Assembly (NCBI GenBank): GCA_050012555.1
Contig: JBEKGY010000018.1
Location: 2,475-66,474 of the forward strand
Length of the DNA stretch: 64,000 nt
Direction: 5' to 3'
Source: Terracidiphilus sp.
Lineage (GTDB): Bacteria > Acidobacteriota > Terriglobia > Terriglobales > Acidobacteriaceae
A model generated the notes under the pieces. The model saw only the letters and a program-made list of their open reading frames with translations, did no database searches and was not told where the DNA came from. Positions 1 to 10,086 of the stretch are shown here, piece after piece (position 1 is the stretch's first letter; every line of letters begins with the position of its first letter). The position numbers were made by a program, and so were the translations under genes.

Positions 1-1781
1 ACGGCTGGGTCAGCGGATATAATTGCATCCTGTTGGCGAAGAATTTTTGTTGCCTCGGACAGCGAGATACGCGGATCGGAGATGGGCATGAAGAGAGCTG
101 TCTCTTCATCCAGCGGCGGCATAAACTCAGAGCCGATGGTGGTTGCGGTGTATATTGCCGCGCAGAACAACGCCAGCGCCGCACCGAGCGTGATGACCCG
201 GTGGCGTAGCGCCCATGCCAGCACGGGCTTGTAAATAGCATGCAACAGGCGCATCACCGGATTTTCATTTTCGCGATGCAGCTTGCCGCGAATCAGGAAG
301 GTGCATAGAACCGGCACCAGCGTAATGGCCATAATGGTTGAACAGACCATGGCGAAGGTTTTGGTGAATGCCAGAGGATGAAACATCTTGCCTTCCATGC
401 CGGTGAGTGCAAAGACAGGAATGAATGCGAGAATGATGATGACCATGGCGAAGGAAATTGGCCTGCCTACAAGCCGCGCGGCGTTGAGCGTGATCTCCCA
501 GATGTGTTCGCGATAGTTGCCGTGCTCGTGTTCGTATTGCTCTGCCTGGCGAATCACATTTTCCGTCATCACGATTCCCGCATCGACGAGCACGCCGATG
601 GCGATGGCGATTCCGCCCAGCGACATGATGTTTGACGAGATGCCCGCGCCCTTCATGAAGAGGAATGCGCCCAGCACCGCAAGGGGCAGCGGAACGGTGA
701 CGACGAGTATGCTGCGAAAGTGCCAGAGGAAGAGAATGTGCGCGAGCGTGACCAGAATGATCTCTTCAATCAGCGCGTGGCGCAGCGTGCCAACTGCATG
801 GTCAATGAGAATGCTGCGGTCATAGAAGGGAACAATCGTAACGCCCGCTGGAAGCCCTGGCTGAATCTCGCCGATCTTCTTCTTGACGGCTTCGATGACC
901 TCGCGCGCATTGGCGCCATAGCGGATGACGACGACTCCGCCGACCGCTTCTTTTCCGTCCTTGTCGAGAACGCCGCGCCGAAACTCGGGACCAAGCTGAA
1001 CGCTGGCTACGTTGCCGACTGTGACGGGAGTGCCGTTGTATGCGCCGAGCGAAATGTTTTCAATGTCCTTTAAGCTGCGAATCAGGCCGATGCCGCGCAC
1101 GATATTCTCCGTGTCGCCAGTTTCAATCACCTTGGCGCCGACGTTGTTATTGCTGCGCTCTACAGCGGCGATGACATCCTTGAGAGCGATGTTGTAGGCG
1201 CGCAGCTTGATCGGATCGAGATCGATCTGATACTGCTTTACGAATCCTCCAACACTGGCGACCTCGGCGACTCCGGGCACGGAGTTGAGCTGATATTTGA
1301 TGAACCAATCCTGAATGGAGTGAAGCGTGCCGCTCTCGTAAGGCCCCTCGACGGTGTACCAGAAGACCTGGCCAACTCCGGTTGCATCCGGCCCCATCAT
1401 CGGCGTCACGCCCGCGGGCAGAAAGCTGCCCGCAAGGCTAAGACGCTCCAACACGCGGGTGCGCGCAAAGTAGATGTCCACCGAATCCTCGAAGATGACG
1501 TTCACCATCGAGAAGCCGAAGGCCGATGCTGAGCGGACCGTGCGCACGTGCGGCAGCCCTTGCAGGTTCACGGTGAGCGGATAGGTGATCTGGTCTTCGA
1601 CCTCTTGCGGACTGCGCCCCTGCCACTCGGTGAAGACGATCACCTGATTCTCGCTCAGGTCGGGGATCGCGTCGATGGGCGTATGCAACAGCGCCCAATA
1701 GCCCCACACAGCGAACGCGGCGTAGACGGCCAGGATCAGCCAGCGGTTCTTCATTGAGAATTCAAGGATGCGGTTGATCAT
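1..1781 (-). CDS. cusA: CusA/CzcA-family heavy-metal RND efflux pump, 5' part (runs off the left edge)
   Basis: Not in the ORF track; read by hand: ATG at 1781 after [19 protein letters not shown]...[34 protein letters not shown], the typical HME-RND N-terminus; downstream of MFP and OMF genes. Confidence 0.93.
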   Translation of the reverse strand, partial: MINRILEFSMKNRWLILAVYAAFAVWGYWALLHTPIDAIPDLSENQVIVFTEWQGRSPQEVEDQITYPLTVNLQGLPHVRTVRSASAFGFSMVNVIFEDSVDIYFARTRVLERLSLAGSFLPAGVTPMMGPDATGVGQVFWYTVEGPYESGTLHSIQDWFIKYQLNSVPGVAEVASVGGFVKQYQIDLDPIKLRAYNIALKDVIAAVERSNNNVGAKVIETGDTENIVRGIGLIRSLKDIENISLGAYNGTPVTVGNVASVQLGPEFRRGVLDKDGKEAVGGVVVIRYGANAREVIEAVKKKIGEIQPGLPAGVTIVPFYDRSILIDHAVGTLRHALIEEIILVTLAHILFLWHFRSILVVTVPLPLAVLGAFLFMKGAGISSNIMSLGGIAIAIGVLVDAGIVMTENVIRQAEQYEHEHGNYREHIWEITLNAARLVGRPISFAMVIIILAFIPVFALTGMEGKMFHPLAFTKTFAMVCSTIMAITLVPVLCTFLIRGKLHRENENPVMRLLHAIYKPVLAWALRHRVITLGAALALFCAAIYTATTIGSEFMPPLDEETALFMPISDPRISLSEATKILRQQDAIISADPA

Positions 1782-1789
1782 GTCGTCTC

Positions 1790-3373
1790 CTACCTGGCGC
1801 TGAGGTGTGTGCGCATGGATGCGATGACATTGCTGTTCTTGCGCGCCTCGACAAGCACTGTCCAAGTGCCCGCCATCGGTGCCTGGCCCTTGCCTTCGTA
1901 TGTCTTGCTGCCGGCCTTCCACTCCAGTTCGCTGGAGCTTTTCATCTCCGGCATTCCCATCGAAGGCATTGCGGGCATGATAAGTGTGACCGTGACGCGA
2001 GCATCATTAATGGGCTTTCCGTCCGCATCCGTCAGCGTCACTCGGAACTGGTTGTCTTCGCCGGCCTTCATGGGATTTGGATCAGAGTGGAAGTCTATCT
2101 TCACCGCGCTGGTCTCCGAATTATTGCTTGTAGAAGAGGTTGCGGAACTCTCGTTTTTCTGTGCTGCTGCAAATTCCCTTGAGCCTCCGTAAAGCCCCGA
2201 CATTCCCGAGCCGAGGTGAGCCTGCGAGTCGATGAGGAAGTTGCCGTTGAGCACCACGCTGTCGCCGAGCGTCAACCCATGCAATACGGGAAACAAGTCT
2301 TCAGTCGCCGCACCCACTTGCACTTCGCGCGCTTCGAAGACGCCATTGGGCTTGGCCAGATACACGATCTTGCGCGTACCGGTGTCGAGCACCGCCGAGC
2401 GTGGAACCACGATAGACGGCTCTGCGGCGTGGCTCACAAATGTGGCGTTGACAAACATGCCAGGCAACAGGCGCATCTGCGGATTGGCAACATGCACATG
2501 AACAGGAACCGTGCGCGTTTGCGGATTAGCAGCAGGCTCGATGAAATCCACATGGCCATGCAGAGTCCTGTTAGGCAGCGACTCGGCAGTAATCGCCACA
2601 TCTTGCCCTTGACGAATCTGCGGCAATTGCTCTTCGTAGACATCCGCCTTGATCCATACCTGATTAAGATCTGCGACGGTAAACAGTGTGTCGCCCGCGT
2701 TCACATATTGCCCTTGCGTTACCTTGCGATCGACAACCGTCCCAGAAGCATAAGCGTAAATGGTGACGTGAGGAACGCCAGCTTTTTCCGGCGCACCCGA
2801 CTGCTTCTCGCTGATCCCCCAAAGCTCCAGCCTGTGCTGGCTCGCCTTTACCAGAGCGTCGGCCTGCGTACGTGCAAAGGCATCATCCGACTGCTTCAAT
2901 TGATTGCGGTTCTCCTCCGCCAGGTGATACTCCTCGATTGCGGTGGCAACTTCAGGGCTGTAAATGTCGGCGACCGGCTGGCCGCGGCGCACACGTTCGC
3001 CGGTGTATTGCACATAGAGCTTGTCCACGCGTCCACCGATGCGCGCACTCACGGCGGCAAGTTGCGCCTCCGGTTGTTCTACGCGGCCAAACGCGGCGAT
3101 GTCTGTCTTCAGTGCAGCTGTGCGGACCTCGGCAACCTGCACGCCCGCAGCAGTAATCTCGGCCGGAGTCAGCTCGACCATCGTCCCCGGTGCTGTACCT
3201 TGCTGCGCGGCCTGGCCGTTGTCGGAACGATTGGAAGCGGCTGGGCTTGCGGTATTTGATGCCGCTGAAACAGGGCGCATCTCCCTCGCTGTCAGAAATC
3301 CGGCCACTAGAGCCGCGCTCAAAACTCCAGCACTGACACCGAGTGCAAACAGCTTCTTTTCCTTCATTGTCAT
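1790..3373 (-). CDS. cusB: CusB-like RND periplasmic adaptor with C-terminal FixH/YtkA-like Met-rich domain
   Basis: N-terminal TM; [41 protein letters not shown] motifs; C-terminal [12 protein letters not shown]...MAGTW. Confidence 0.88.
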   Translation of the reverse strand: MTMKEKKLFALGVSAGVLSAALVAGFLTAREMRPVSAASNTASPAASNRSDNGQAAQQGTAPGTMVELTPAEITAAGVQVAEVRTAALKTDIAAFGRVEQPEAQLAAVSARIGGRVDKLYVQYTGERVRRGQPVADIYSPEVATAIEEYHLAEENRNQLKQSDDAFARTQADALVKASQHRLELWGISEKQSGAPEKAGVPHVTIYAYASGTVVDRKVTQGQYVNAGDTLFTVADLNQVWIKADVYEEQLPQIRQGQDVAITAESLPNRTLHGHVDFIEPAANPQTRTVPVHVHVANPQMRLLPGMFVNATFVSHAAEPSIVVPRSAVLDTGTRKIVYLAKPNGVFEAREVQVGAATEDLFPVLHGLTLGDSVVLNGNFLIDSQAHLGSGMSGLYGGSREFAAAQKNESSATSSTSNNSETSAVKIDFHSDPNPMKAGEDNQFRVTLTDADGKPINDARVTVTLIMPAMPSMGMPEMKSSSELEWKAGSKTYEGKGQAPMAGTWTVLVEARKNSNVIASMRTHLSAR

Positions 3374-4704
3374 TTGCTTCTCCTCCCGTTGTTGCTGTTC
3401 GTTGTGTTCGCTATTGGCGCGCCTATGGCGCGTTCCAACTTCGCCATGCCCTCGTCCGTGTCTGCCGACGCCTTGTAGTAAGCGGTCTGAATGTCGAGCA
3501 GTAGATTCTGAGCATCAATCAGGCTCATAAACTCAGCTCGATTGTTTTGGTATGCGGCAGTTGAGGCTTTGAACGACGCCTCCGCTTGCGGCAGCAGCGT
3601 GTCGCGATAAAGCTTGACGCGCTTCTCGGCGGCCAGCACTTCGATCTGCGCCTGCCGGATTTCAAGGAACATCGTTGTCGCGCGCGCATCGAGCTCCGCC
3701 TGCGACACGTCAGTCGCCGCATCGGCCTGCTTCGCTTCGCCGTCGTGGCGCTCGCGATTCAACCAGGGAAGGTTCATCGACACTTCGCCCATATAGGCGT
3801 TGCGCGCCAGGGAGCCAGTTGGCATCAGCATGTATCCGAGACCGACAGTGAAGTCGGGCTTCATAGCAAGCCGTGTCAGCTTTCCCTCATCCCTGGACTT
3901 TGCAATCTGCGTGCGCAAGGTCGCCAACTCTGGGCGGTGCTCGATGGCCGTGCGCTTCAAGTCCTCGATGGAGGGCAGCGCAGCAGGGCTTGTGTAGCTG
4001 CCGGCAATTTCGATTGCTTCGTCCGGAGGCCGTCCCATAAGAGCATTCAACTGCGCGCGCGCGTTGTCCCGCTCCTCTTCCAGCTCAATGAGTTGTTCGT
4101 TCAAGCGAGTCAGCGCCATCTGCGCGCGCAATACATCGGCCTGCGGCGCCTTGCCTGTGGTGTATTCAGCAAGCGCCGCGGCCAGAGCCTCTTTCAACAG
4201 CGAACTCTGACGCGCCTGCAACCGCACTTCATCCGCATTGCGCATCAGGTCGGCGCAGGTTTTGCGAACCTCGACGGAGACCTCCTGGCGCAAAGTCTCC
4301 AAATCAATGGCCGCTACGCCGGCATCGTCTTCCGCCAGCCTTGCGCGCAGATCCCGCTTCTGCCGATTCTGAAAACTCTGCTGCAGCCCAAACATGAGCT
4401 GTGCCTGGTTCAAGTCCCACGGCTGTTTCAGAGGGGTTCCCCAATCACGCACCATAAGCATGGGGTCGTCCAAGCTGCGGGCGGTCTTGGTTTTCATCTG
4501 AGCAAGCGACAGACGCCTCACTGCCGCGCGAATTTCAGGGTTGCTTTCAAGGGCTGCGGCAACGGCCTCATCGACAGACAGACGCACGGCAACCACGCCT
4601 GAAACAGAATCATCTTGAACAGAAACGGAGCGCGGCTCCGTCTGTCCCCAACAGGCAACCGACAACGCCAGCACAAACGGCGCACAGACATAGACTGGTT
4701 TCAC
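3370..4704 (-). CDS. TolC/CusC-family outer membrane efflux protein
   Basis: Signal peptide, ALESNPEI, coiled-coil OEP repeats; GTG start after GGAG; 4-bp overlap with the adaptor gene. Confidence 0.88.
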   Translation of the reverse strand: MKPVYVCAPFVLALSVACWGQTEPRSVSVQDDSVSGVVAVRLSVDEAVAAALESNPEIRAAVRRLSLAQMKTKTARSLDDPMLMVRDWGTPLKQPWDLNQAQLMFGLQQSFQNRQKRDLRARLAEDDAGVAAIDLETLRQEVSVEVRKTCADLMRNADEVRLQARQSSLLKEALAAALAEYTTGKAPQADVLRAQMALTRLNEQLIELEEERDNARAQLNALMGRPPDEAIEIAGSYTSPAALPSIEDLKRTAIEHRPELATLRTQIAKSRDEGKLTRLAMKPDFTVGLGYMLMPTGSLARNAYMGEVSMNLPWLNRERHDGEAKQADAATDVSQAELDARATTMFLEIRQAQIEVLAAEKRVKLYRDTLLPQAEASFKASTAAYQNNRAEFMSLIDAQNLLLDIQTAYYKASADTDEGMAKLERAIGAPIANTTNSNNGRRSK

Positions 4705-4789
4705 TCTTCAACTCCGCGAGAATCGGCAAAAGGAGAAACGCCAGGGCGCAAAGACACGCACCCCGGAGAGCCAATGCGGAAGTGAGAAT

Positions 4790-5128
4790 TTAGATTCTTA
4801 AGTTGAATGCGCCCGCAGGCGGAGAGTGTAGAGGAATAACCGATAATACCGAAAATTCGCTCAATGAAGCAGGTTCATCCAGCGAGACGAACGCCCGCAC
4901 AACTGTCATCGGAGCCGAACCGGGAAGGTTCGGTGCAACGACGACGGCTGGCAACGGGGCGCTGGCGGTGCAGCAATTTGTCCGGACGGATTGGTGGGAT
5001 TTGGATGCGTGCGAGCAGCAACAGTGCGTGGCTCTATGCATCGGTTGCAGGCAAATCCCAGCAGGCGCAAGCAACGCACCCATCAATATGATGGTCCCCG
5101 CCGCGCGTTGGAAGACACCTTGCAACAT
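4790..5128 (-). CDS. Small Cys/His-rich exported leader protein upstream of the metal-efflux operon
   Basis: Hydrophobic N-terminus, HCCCSH and NCC clusters, Pro-rich C-terminus ending SPPAGAFNLRI. Confidence 0.65.
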   Translation of the reverse strand: MLQGVFQRAAGTIILMGALLAPAGICLQPMHRATHCCCSHASKSHQSVRTNCCTASAPLPAVVVAPNLPGSAPMTVVRAFVSLDEPASLSEFSVLSVIPLHSPPAGAFNLRI

Positions 5129-5134
5129 AGAATC

Positions 5135-5176
5135 AGCCTACCACGAATACTGCACTTTACGGTGATATATATCACA
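5135..5176 (-). promoter_or_regulatory. Predicted Crp/Fnr-activated promoter (box 5161-5176, extended -10 5143-5135)
   Basis: GGTGA-tatata-TCACA at 5161-5176; minus strand TG-G-TAGGCT with hexamer at -12..-7 relative to the ATG at 5128. Confidence 0.6.
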
Positions 5177-5490
5177 TAACAGCTTTGAAGAGGTAGACTC
5201 CCGGCCCAGCTTGCGTCCGCTTCAACGGCGGTATTCTCGACCGAACGAATCACCCAGCTATCTCTCGCCATAATACCGATCTGCTGTTAAATCAATCAGA
5301 TGGGCAGAGTATCGAGTTTGGGTGTTTGTGTGTAAAGCTGGATCGTCACTTCCGACTGTAGATGTTTTTGTAGATGGTGTTGCATCCAAGATTCGGCGAG
5401 AAACCCAATAATGACGCACCTTCCGGTGCCAGGACACCTGGGCCAATACCAGGGGGTCGGGCTCGCATGTCTGTAAACTATTGAAAACAA

Positions 5491-5567
<77 letters not shown>

Positions 5568-5736
5568 AACTTGGGTTGCAGGAGCGTATCGTTGGGGCGC
5601 GGCCTGGCGCGTTGTGCCCCTTGAGTGCGCTTCGACCAGTGTAGCAGAAACCCGGGAGTTGCAGGGCAGGGGAGTTGCCGGCGCAGGCCTCGCATGCGCC
5701 CGCCCTTATTCTCAAGTTCCTTGCCCTGAAAATGCG

Positions 5737-6366
5737 TTAGTCGCTCTTCGTCGAGTCATTATCCAGCCCGGCGGGCAAATCCAGCGTCACCAGGGCAAAG
5801 CGCGTCTTGCCGTCCTTAGGCTCCTCAAAGCCCACAATGTGCTGGTGCCGCCGGGAGCCGGCCTTCAGCTCCGGGCCGTTCTTGTTGGAACCATAATCGC
5901 CGCGGTTGATGCGCACATTGTTGCCATTGTTGTCGTCGCAGGTCAACCCTTCGGAGGTCCTCGTCGGGGTTCCCACCGGCGCATTGCCCTGGCAGGTAAT
6001 CACGTCGCCGTAGCGGCCCAGCGCCTTCTTGTAAAAGGCGGTCACCTGCTCCTGGGTGTCCGAGGTAGTATAGGAAACCGCCCGCACCCGCAGCTCCCAA
6101 TCGCCAAAGCCAAGCCGCAGGTCCGCCGACTTGTGCTTGTCGTCGTCCGCCCTCTGCTGCGCGCCCGGGTACACCGGCAACCCAAGGTCCGCGGCCGAAG
6201 TCTGGTTGGTATTTACATGAATGCCGCCAAAGGGAGTATCCACCTGGACGTTCTTATCCTCGCCGTTGGCGTTCTTGTCGACATGCACACTGCATCCCGC
6301 AATCCCGGCCGCCAAAGCCAGGCTCAGCGTCAAAGTTATCGCTTCCAGTGTTCTGTTCCGCACCAT
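5737..6366 (-). CDS. Hypothetical lipoprotein
   Basis: Lipobox IAGC after hydrophobic stretch; LGLPVYPGA motif; GAGGG upstream. Confidence 0.8.
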   Translation of the reverse strand: MVRNRTLEAITLTLSLALAAGIAGCSVHVDKNANGEDKNVQVDTPFGGIHVNTNQTSAADLGLPVYPGAQQRADDDKHKSADLRLGFGDWELRVRAVSYTTSDTQEQVTAFYKKALGRYGDVITCQGNAPVGTPTRTSEGLTCDDNNGNNVRINRGDYGSNKNGPELKAGSRRHQHIVGFEEPKDGKTRFALVTLDLPAGLDNDSTKSD

Positions 6367-6432
6367 GGCAATCGCCCTCTTGCCCTGTTATACGTCCGCA
6401 CAGATGGAAAGGTTCCGGAAATCGGCTTGGGA

Positions 6433-6540
6433 TCAGTGCGTTCGCGGCCCGTCTTCCTTGCTGCCGGTGGCGAACAGAATCGCCACTACAAAGACAACCA
6501 CAATGACGGAAACGACGAAGAATGGGGAAGAGATGTCCAT
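6433..6540 (-). CDS. 35-aa single-pass membrane peptide (below ORF-track cutoff)
   Basis: AAGGAG-N8-ATG; MDISSPFFVVSVIVVVFVVAILFATGSKEDGPRTH*. Confidence 0.7.
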   Translation of the reverse strand: MDISSPFFVVSVIVVVFVVAILFATGSKEDGPRTH

Positions 6541-6571
6541 TGTGCAGACTCCTTACCGCTTCCAGAGTACC

Positions 6572-6602
6572 AAAAAAGAGGCTCCCTTTCGGAAGCCCCT
6601 TT
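6572..6602 (-). terminator. Intrinsic terminator after the GH38 gene
   Basis: Minus strand GGGGCTTCC-GAAA-GGGAGCCTC followed by TTTTTT. Confidence 0.85.
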
Positions 6603-6621
6603 GCTGCCTGGTTCGTAACCG

Positions 6622-9600
6622 CTACTGTTTCGGCCCGCCGTTCGGGAAATCCACCCGGATGGTCAAAATCTCGTAGGGATGGATGGGGACCTTGACCACA
6701 TCGCCGGTAATCACCAACGGGCTTCCTTCCGGCGTCTCCATCAGGTTGGTCACGGTTGCGCCGGTGGCGCCAGCCGGCACATGGAACTCGGCCGTGGACT
6801 CCTTGCCCGCCCACTCGTAAGCGCGGAAGATCAGCCCATTCGCATCCTCGGCCTTCTTCACCGCGGTCAGCACCACGTTCTCCGGCGTAACCGACGCAAA
6901 CGAGTGCTCGGCCGGCAGCGTTCCCGCGTGCGCCGTGGTCACCACCGCCGTCAGTGGGTAGTTGTACTCCCAGCCGTGGCGCACGGTGAGCGCGTCCTTC
7001 CACGTCCCTGTGTGCGGATAGAGCGCGTAGTGGAAGTGGTGATGGCCCTGGTCGGTCTGGGGATCGGGATCGATGGGCGAGCGCAGCAGCGTAAGCCGCA
7101 GCACGTTGCCAGCCGCGTCGTACCCATACTTCGAATTGTTGATCACGCTCAGCCCGTGCTTGCCGTCGCCCAGGTCGGCCCAGCGCATCGCCGGAACCTC
7201 AAACTGCGCCTTCTCCCAACTGTTGTTCCGCGTAGTGGCCCGGTCGATAGTTCCGTAAGGAATCTCGTAAGTGGCAAACGGCCCGGAAGCCGCCAGCGGA
7301 AACGCCGCCTTCAGCAGCACATGCGTCTCATGCCAGTCGATCTCATTGTCGATGTTGACCTCGTCTGAACCGGGCCCGAGGCTGATCGTTTGCACGAACT
7401 TCGAGTTCTGCCAATGCCTTGTGACGCGAATGCCAGGCTGCGGGGTCTTGGCGTCCACTAGTTCGACAGAATCAGCCTTGTCGAGCACAGTCGGCTTCTC
7501 GTCCAGCGTGCCCGGATCGATATTCCAGGCGTCGTATTCCTTGGGCGTGTCTTTGAACGCCTGCAGTTCATCCCCACAGGAATTGGGAGCGAGCGCTTCA
7601 AAACCGTCCTGCTCGAGCTTCGTAATGCAGCCGGAGGTCTTGTCAACGACAACCTGCATCCCGCCCTCGCGCAGCTCTAGGAAGTTACTCGAATCGCTGG
7701 CCGAGCTACCCAACACGGCATCTAGCTTGCCCGTCACGATTCTGACCACTTTGTAGCCCAGTGGCGGGACGTCGGATACATGGAATGTCAGGTGCGCCAC
7801 TCCGGTCTTCTCATCGAGAGATGAATTAATGGGAAAGCGTGGCCGACCCTTCGCATCGACTGCGAACAACTGCATGGGACCCTTCTTGGGCAGTTGAACC
7901 TGAACGCTCACATCACCCGACCTCTCCCATCCGAGCGGGTTATAGACGATAACAGGAATGCCAGTGCTGTTAGTGTCGATCCGTTCGGCCACCGTCTCCA
8001 GCGCCCCGGCCCCAATCTCATTCGTCGACCAGCGCACCACATCGTATTCCTTCTGCGCATCCTTATAGATCACGCCAATCCCCGACCCCGCCGCCAGATC
8101 GTGGAACTGGTTGAAGAGCACCTTCTTCCAATCTTCCGTCAACTCGCTTCCCGGATACGCACGGCCATCCAACCACGCCAGCGACGCCCACTTCTCGGCG
8201 TTCAGCACCTGCTCCTCGGCGTCGCGCATATTCCGCTTGTGGTTGGCCTGTGTGGTGAAGACGCCGCGGTGGTACTCAAGGTACATTTCGCTCTTCCAGG
8301 TTGGAATGCTTACCTGGCCCGCAACCGCCGGCGGCGCTGTATAACCTTTGGCAATCGACTGGTAATTCCACGCCGGGCTATCCGGCGCAATCTGCTTCTC
8401 GATCGACGAGAAGAAACTCTGCGCCGTGCCAAACTCATACTTCGGAGTAATGTGCCCCGGCGCTGCCCAGTGGGTGGCCTCGTCCAGAATGGCTCTCGTC
8501 GGTCCGCCGCCGTGATCGCCGATACCGTAGAGGTCCATCATCTCCATCATGCCGGGCGAGCGCTCTCGGGCCACTTTGAGATCATCCGAGAGCCGGTCGG
8601 GTTTCATGTCGAGGTTCACATAGTCGTGCGGAAAGTAGGTCAGCACCTTCGACCCGTCCGGCGACTCCCACCAGAACAACTTGAATGGAAGTTGATTGGT
8701 ATCGTTCCACGTCATCTTCTGGGTAACAAAGTAGTCCACGCCGCTCTTTTTATAGATCTGCGGCAACTGCCACGTATATCCAAACGAATCCGGATTCCAT
8801 CCGATGCGCACGTCCAAGCCGTAGGCCTGCTTATACCAGCGCTTGCCCACCAGCAACTGGCGGACAAGGGATTCGCCGTCGGGCATATTCAGATCCGGCT
8901 CAACCCACATGCCGCCTACGATCTCCCAGCGGCCTTCTCTGACGCGCTGCGCGATCTCCGCACTCATCTCCGGATACTTCTGCGCCAGCCACTCGTTGTA
9001 AGCGGCGGCGGATTGGGTGAAGGCATATCCGGGATACTCGTACATCAGTTGCAGCGCGGTCCCGTACGTCCGCTTCACCACGTCCACGGTCTCCGTCCAC
9101 GGCCACAGCCAGGCGGCGTCGATGTGGGCGTTGCCGGTGAGATGGAAGGTGGCCTGCTCGAGCAGCGGCTTGAGAGCTTCGAGCTGGGCGCGCGCCGCCT
9201 TCAGGCTGGCATCGAATTTTGCCTGGTCGTGTGCGTCCAGCGCCGCCAGGTCCACGGCGTGGATGGCGCTATTGAGCGTGGCCAGTTGCGCCGGGTCATT
9301 GGGCGCAAGCGAGGGAACCAGCAGCGCCGCCGACAAAAACTCCAGCCGCAGATCCTCGGGATTAGGCCGGTTCTCGGGGAAGTCGATCTTCAGCGTAGCG
9401 CCACGAAAGCTCTTGGTATCCACGGTGTGCAGCAGCTTGACGGCCACCGTCACCTTATCTCCGGGCCGGGCATCGTCGAAAAGAACCACCGGCTCCAGAT
9501 CGTCGCCCATGGCCACGCGGCGGCCATTGAAGTAGAGAATCTGCGGTATGGGGCCGTTGGCGCGGGCGTGGAACTCGAACCAGATACGCGTCCCGCTGAG

Positions 9601-9945
9601 GTCGTAGCCGCTCAGCGTGGCTGGAACTTGAAACATCTGGCGAAACCACACCGCCTCTTTGCCGGCCTTTCCCCGCACGGCGATGGGCTGCCAGGAACTC
9701 TCGTCCTGCTTGACGGCTTCGCCGTGGGCCATATCGCCGGTATGGATCTTCCAAGCGCCATCGGGCAGCGCTTGCAGGCTGGAGAGCCGCTCGATCACGG
9801 CGCGCGACTCAGCCGGCAGGCTGGCGGGCATCTTGGCGTCCTCGCTGTCGTCCTGGGCCGTGACGCGGCCCGCGAACAGCAACGCTCCCGCAAATACCAG
9901 CAGGAGCACAAAAACATGATGACGCAATTTCAACGCAGAAATCAT
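6622..9945 (-). CDS. Secreted GH38 alpha-mannosidase
   Basis: AHIDAAWLWP, WNPDSFG, GDHGGGP, NQFHD, LTLLRSP motifs; start placed at MISALK (9945) followed by a signal peptide. Confidence 0.93.
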   Translation of the reverse strand: MISALKLRHHVFVLLLVFAGALLFAGRVTAQDDSEDAKMPASLPAESRAVIERLSSLQALPDGAWKIHTGDMAHGEAVKQDESSWQPIAVRGKAGKEAVWFRQMFQVPATLSGYDLSGTRIWFEFHARANGPIPQILYFNGRRVAMGDDLEPVVLFDDARPGDKVTVAVKLLHTVDTKSFRGATLKIDFPENRPNPEDLRLEFLSAALLVPSLAPNDPAQLATLNSAIHAVDLAALDAHDQAKFDASLKAARAQLEALKPLLEQATFHLTGNAHIDAAWLWPWTETVDVVKRTYGTALQLMYEYPGYAFTQSAAAYNEWLAQKYPEMSAEIAQRVREGRWEIVGGMWVEPDLNMPDGESLVRQLLVGKRWYKQAYGLDVRIGWNPDSFGYTWQLPQIYKKSGVDYFVTQKMTWNDTNQLPFKLFWWESPDGSKVLTYFPHDYVNLDMKPDRLSDDLKVARERSPGMMEMMDLYGIGDHGGGPTRAILDEATHWAAPGHITPKYEFGTAQSFFSSIEKQIAPDSPAWNYQSIAKGYTAPPAVAGQVSIPTWKSEMYLEYHRGVFTTQANHKRNMRDAEEQVLNAEKWASLAWLDGRAYPGSELTEDWKKVLFNQFHDLAAGSGIGVIYKDAQKEYDVVRWSTNEIGAGALETVAERIDTNSTGIPVIVYNPLGWERSGDVSVQVQLPKKGPMQLFAVDAKGRPRFPINSSLDEKTGVAHLTFHVSDVPPLGYKVVRIVTGKLDAVLGSSASDSSNFLELREGGMQVVVDKTSGCITKLEQDGFEALAPNSCGDELQAFKDTPKEYDAWNIDPGTLDEKPTVLDKADSVELVDAKTPQPGIRVTRHWQNSKFVQTISLGPGSDEVNIDNEIDWHETHVLLKAAFPLAASGPFATYEIPYGTIDRATTRNNSWEKAQFEVPAMRWADLGDGKHGLSVINNSKYGYDAAGNVLRLTLLRSPIDPDPQTDQGHHHFHYALYPHTGTWKDALTVRHGWEYNYPLTAVVTTAHAGTLPAEHSFASVTPENVVLTAVKKAEDANGLIFRAYEWAGKESTAEFHVPAGATGATVTNLMETPEGSPLVITGDVVKVPIHPYEILTIRVDFPNGGPKQ

Positions 9946-10086
9946 GGCGAAAAACCCTCCGCAGCATTTTAGGTTATTTGCGCGCTCTCTGGCACATCCA
10001 GGACGCTGCCGGACAATCGCTGCTCTCAAGCGCCGAAGCGGCCCGGTCGTTCCTCTGGAGTTGTATGCACTTGAAGTAGTGCGGCT

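Noticed and set aside
7894-9972. 692-aa plus-strand ORF and similar long ORFs (2216-3259, 3586-4602, 46320-47417, 21160-22161)
   Set aside because: Antisense shadows of well-supported genes in GC-rich DNA, with no motifs of their own
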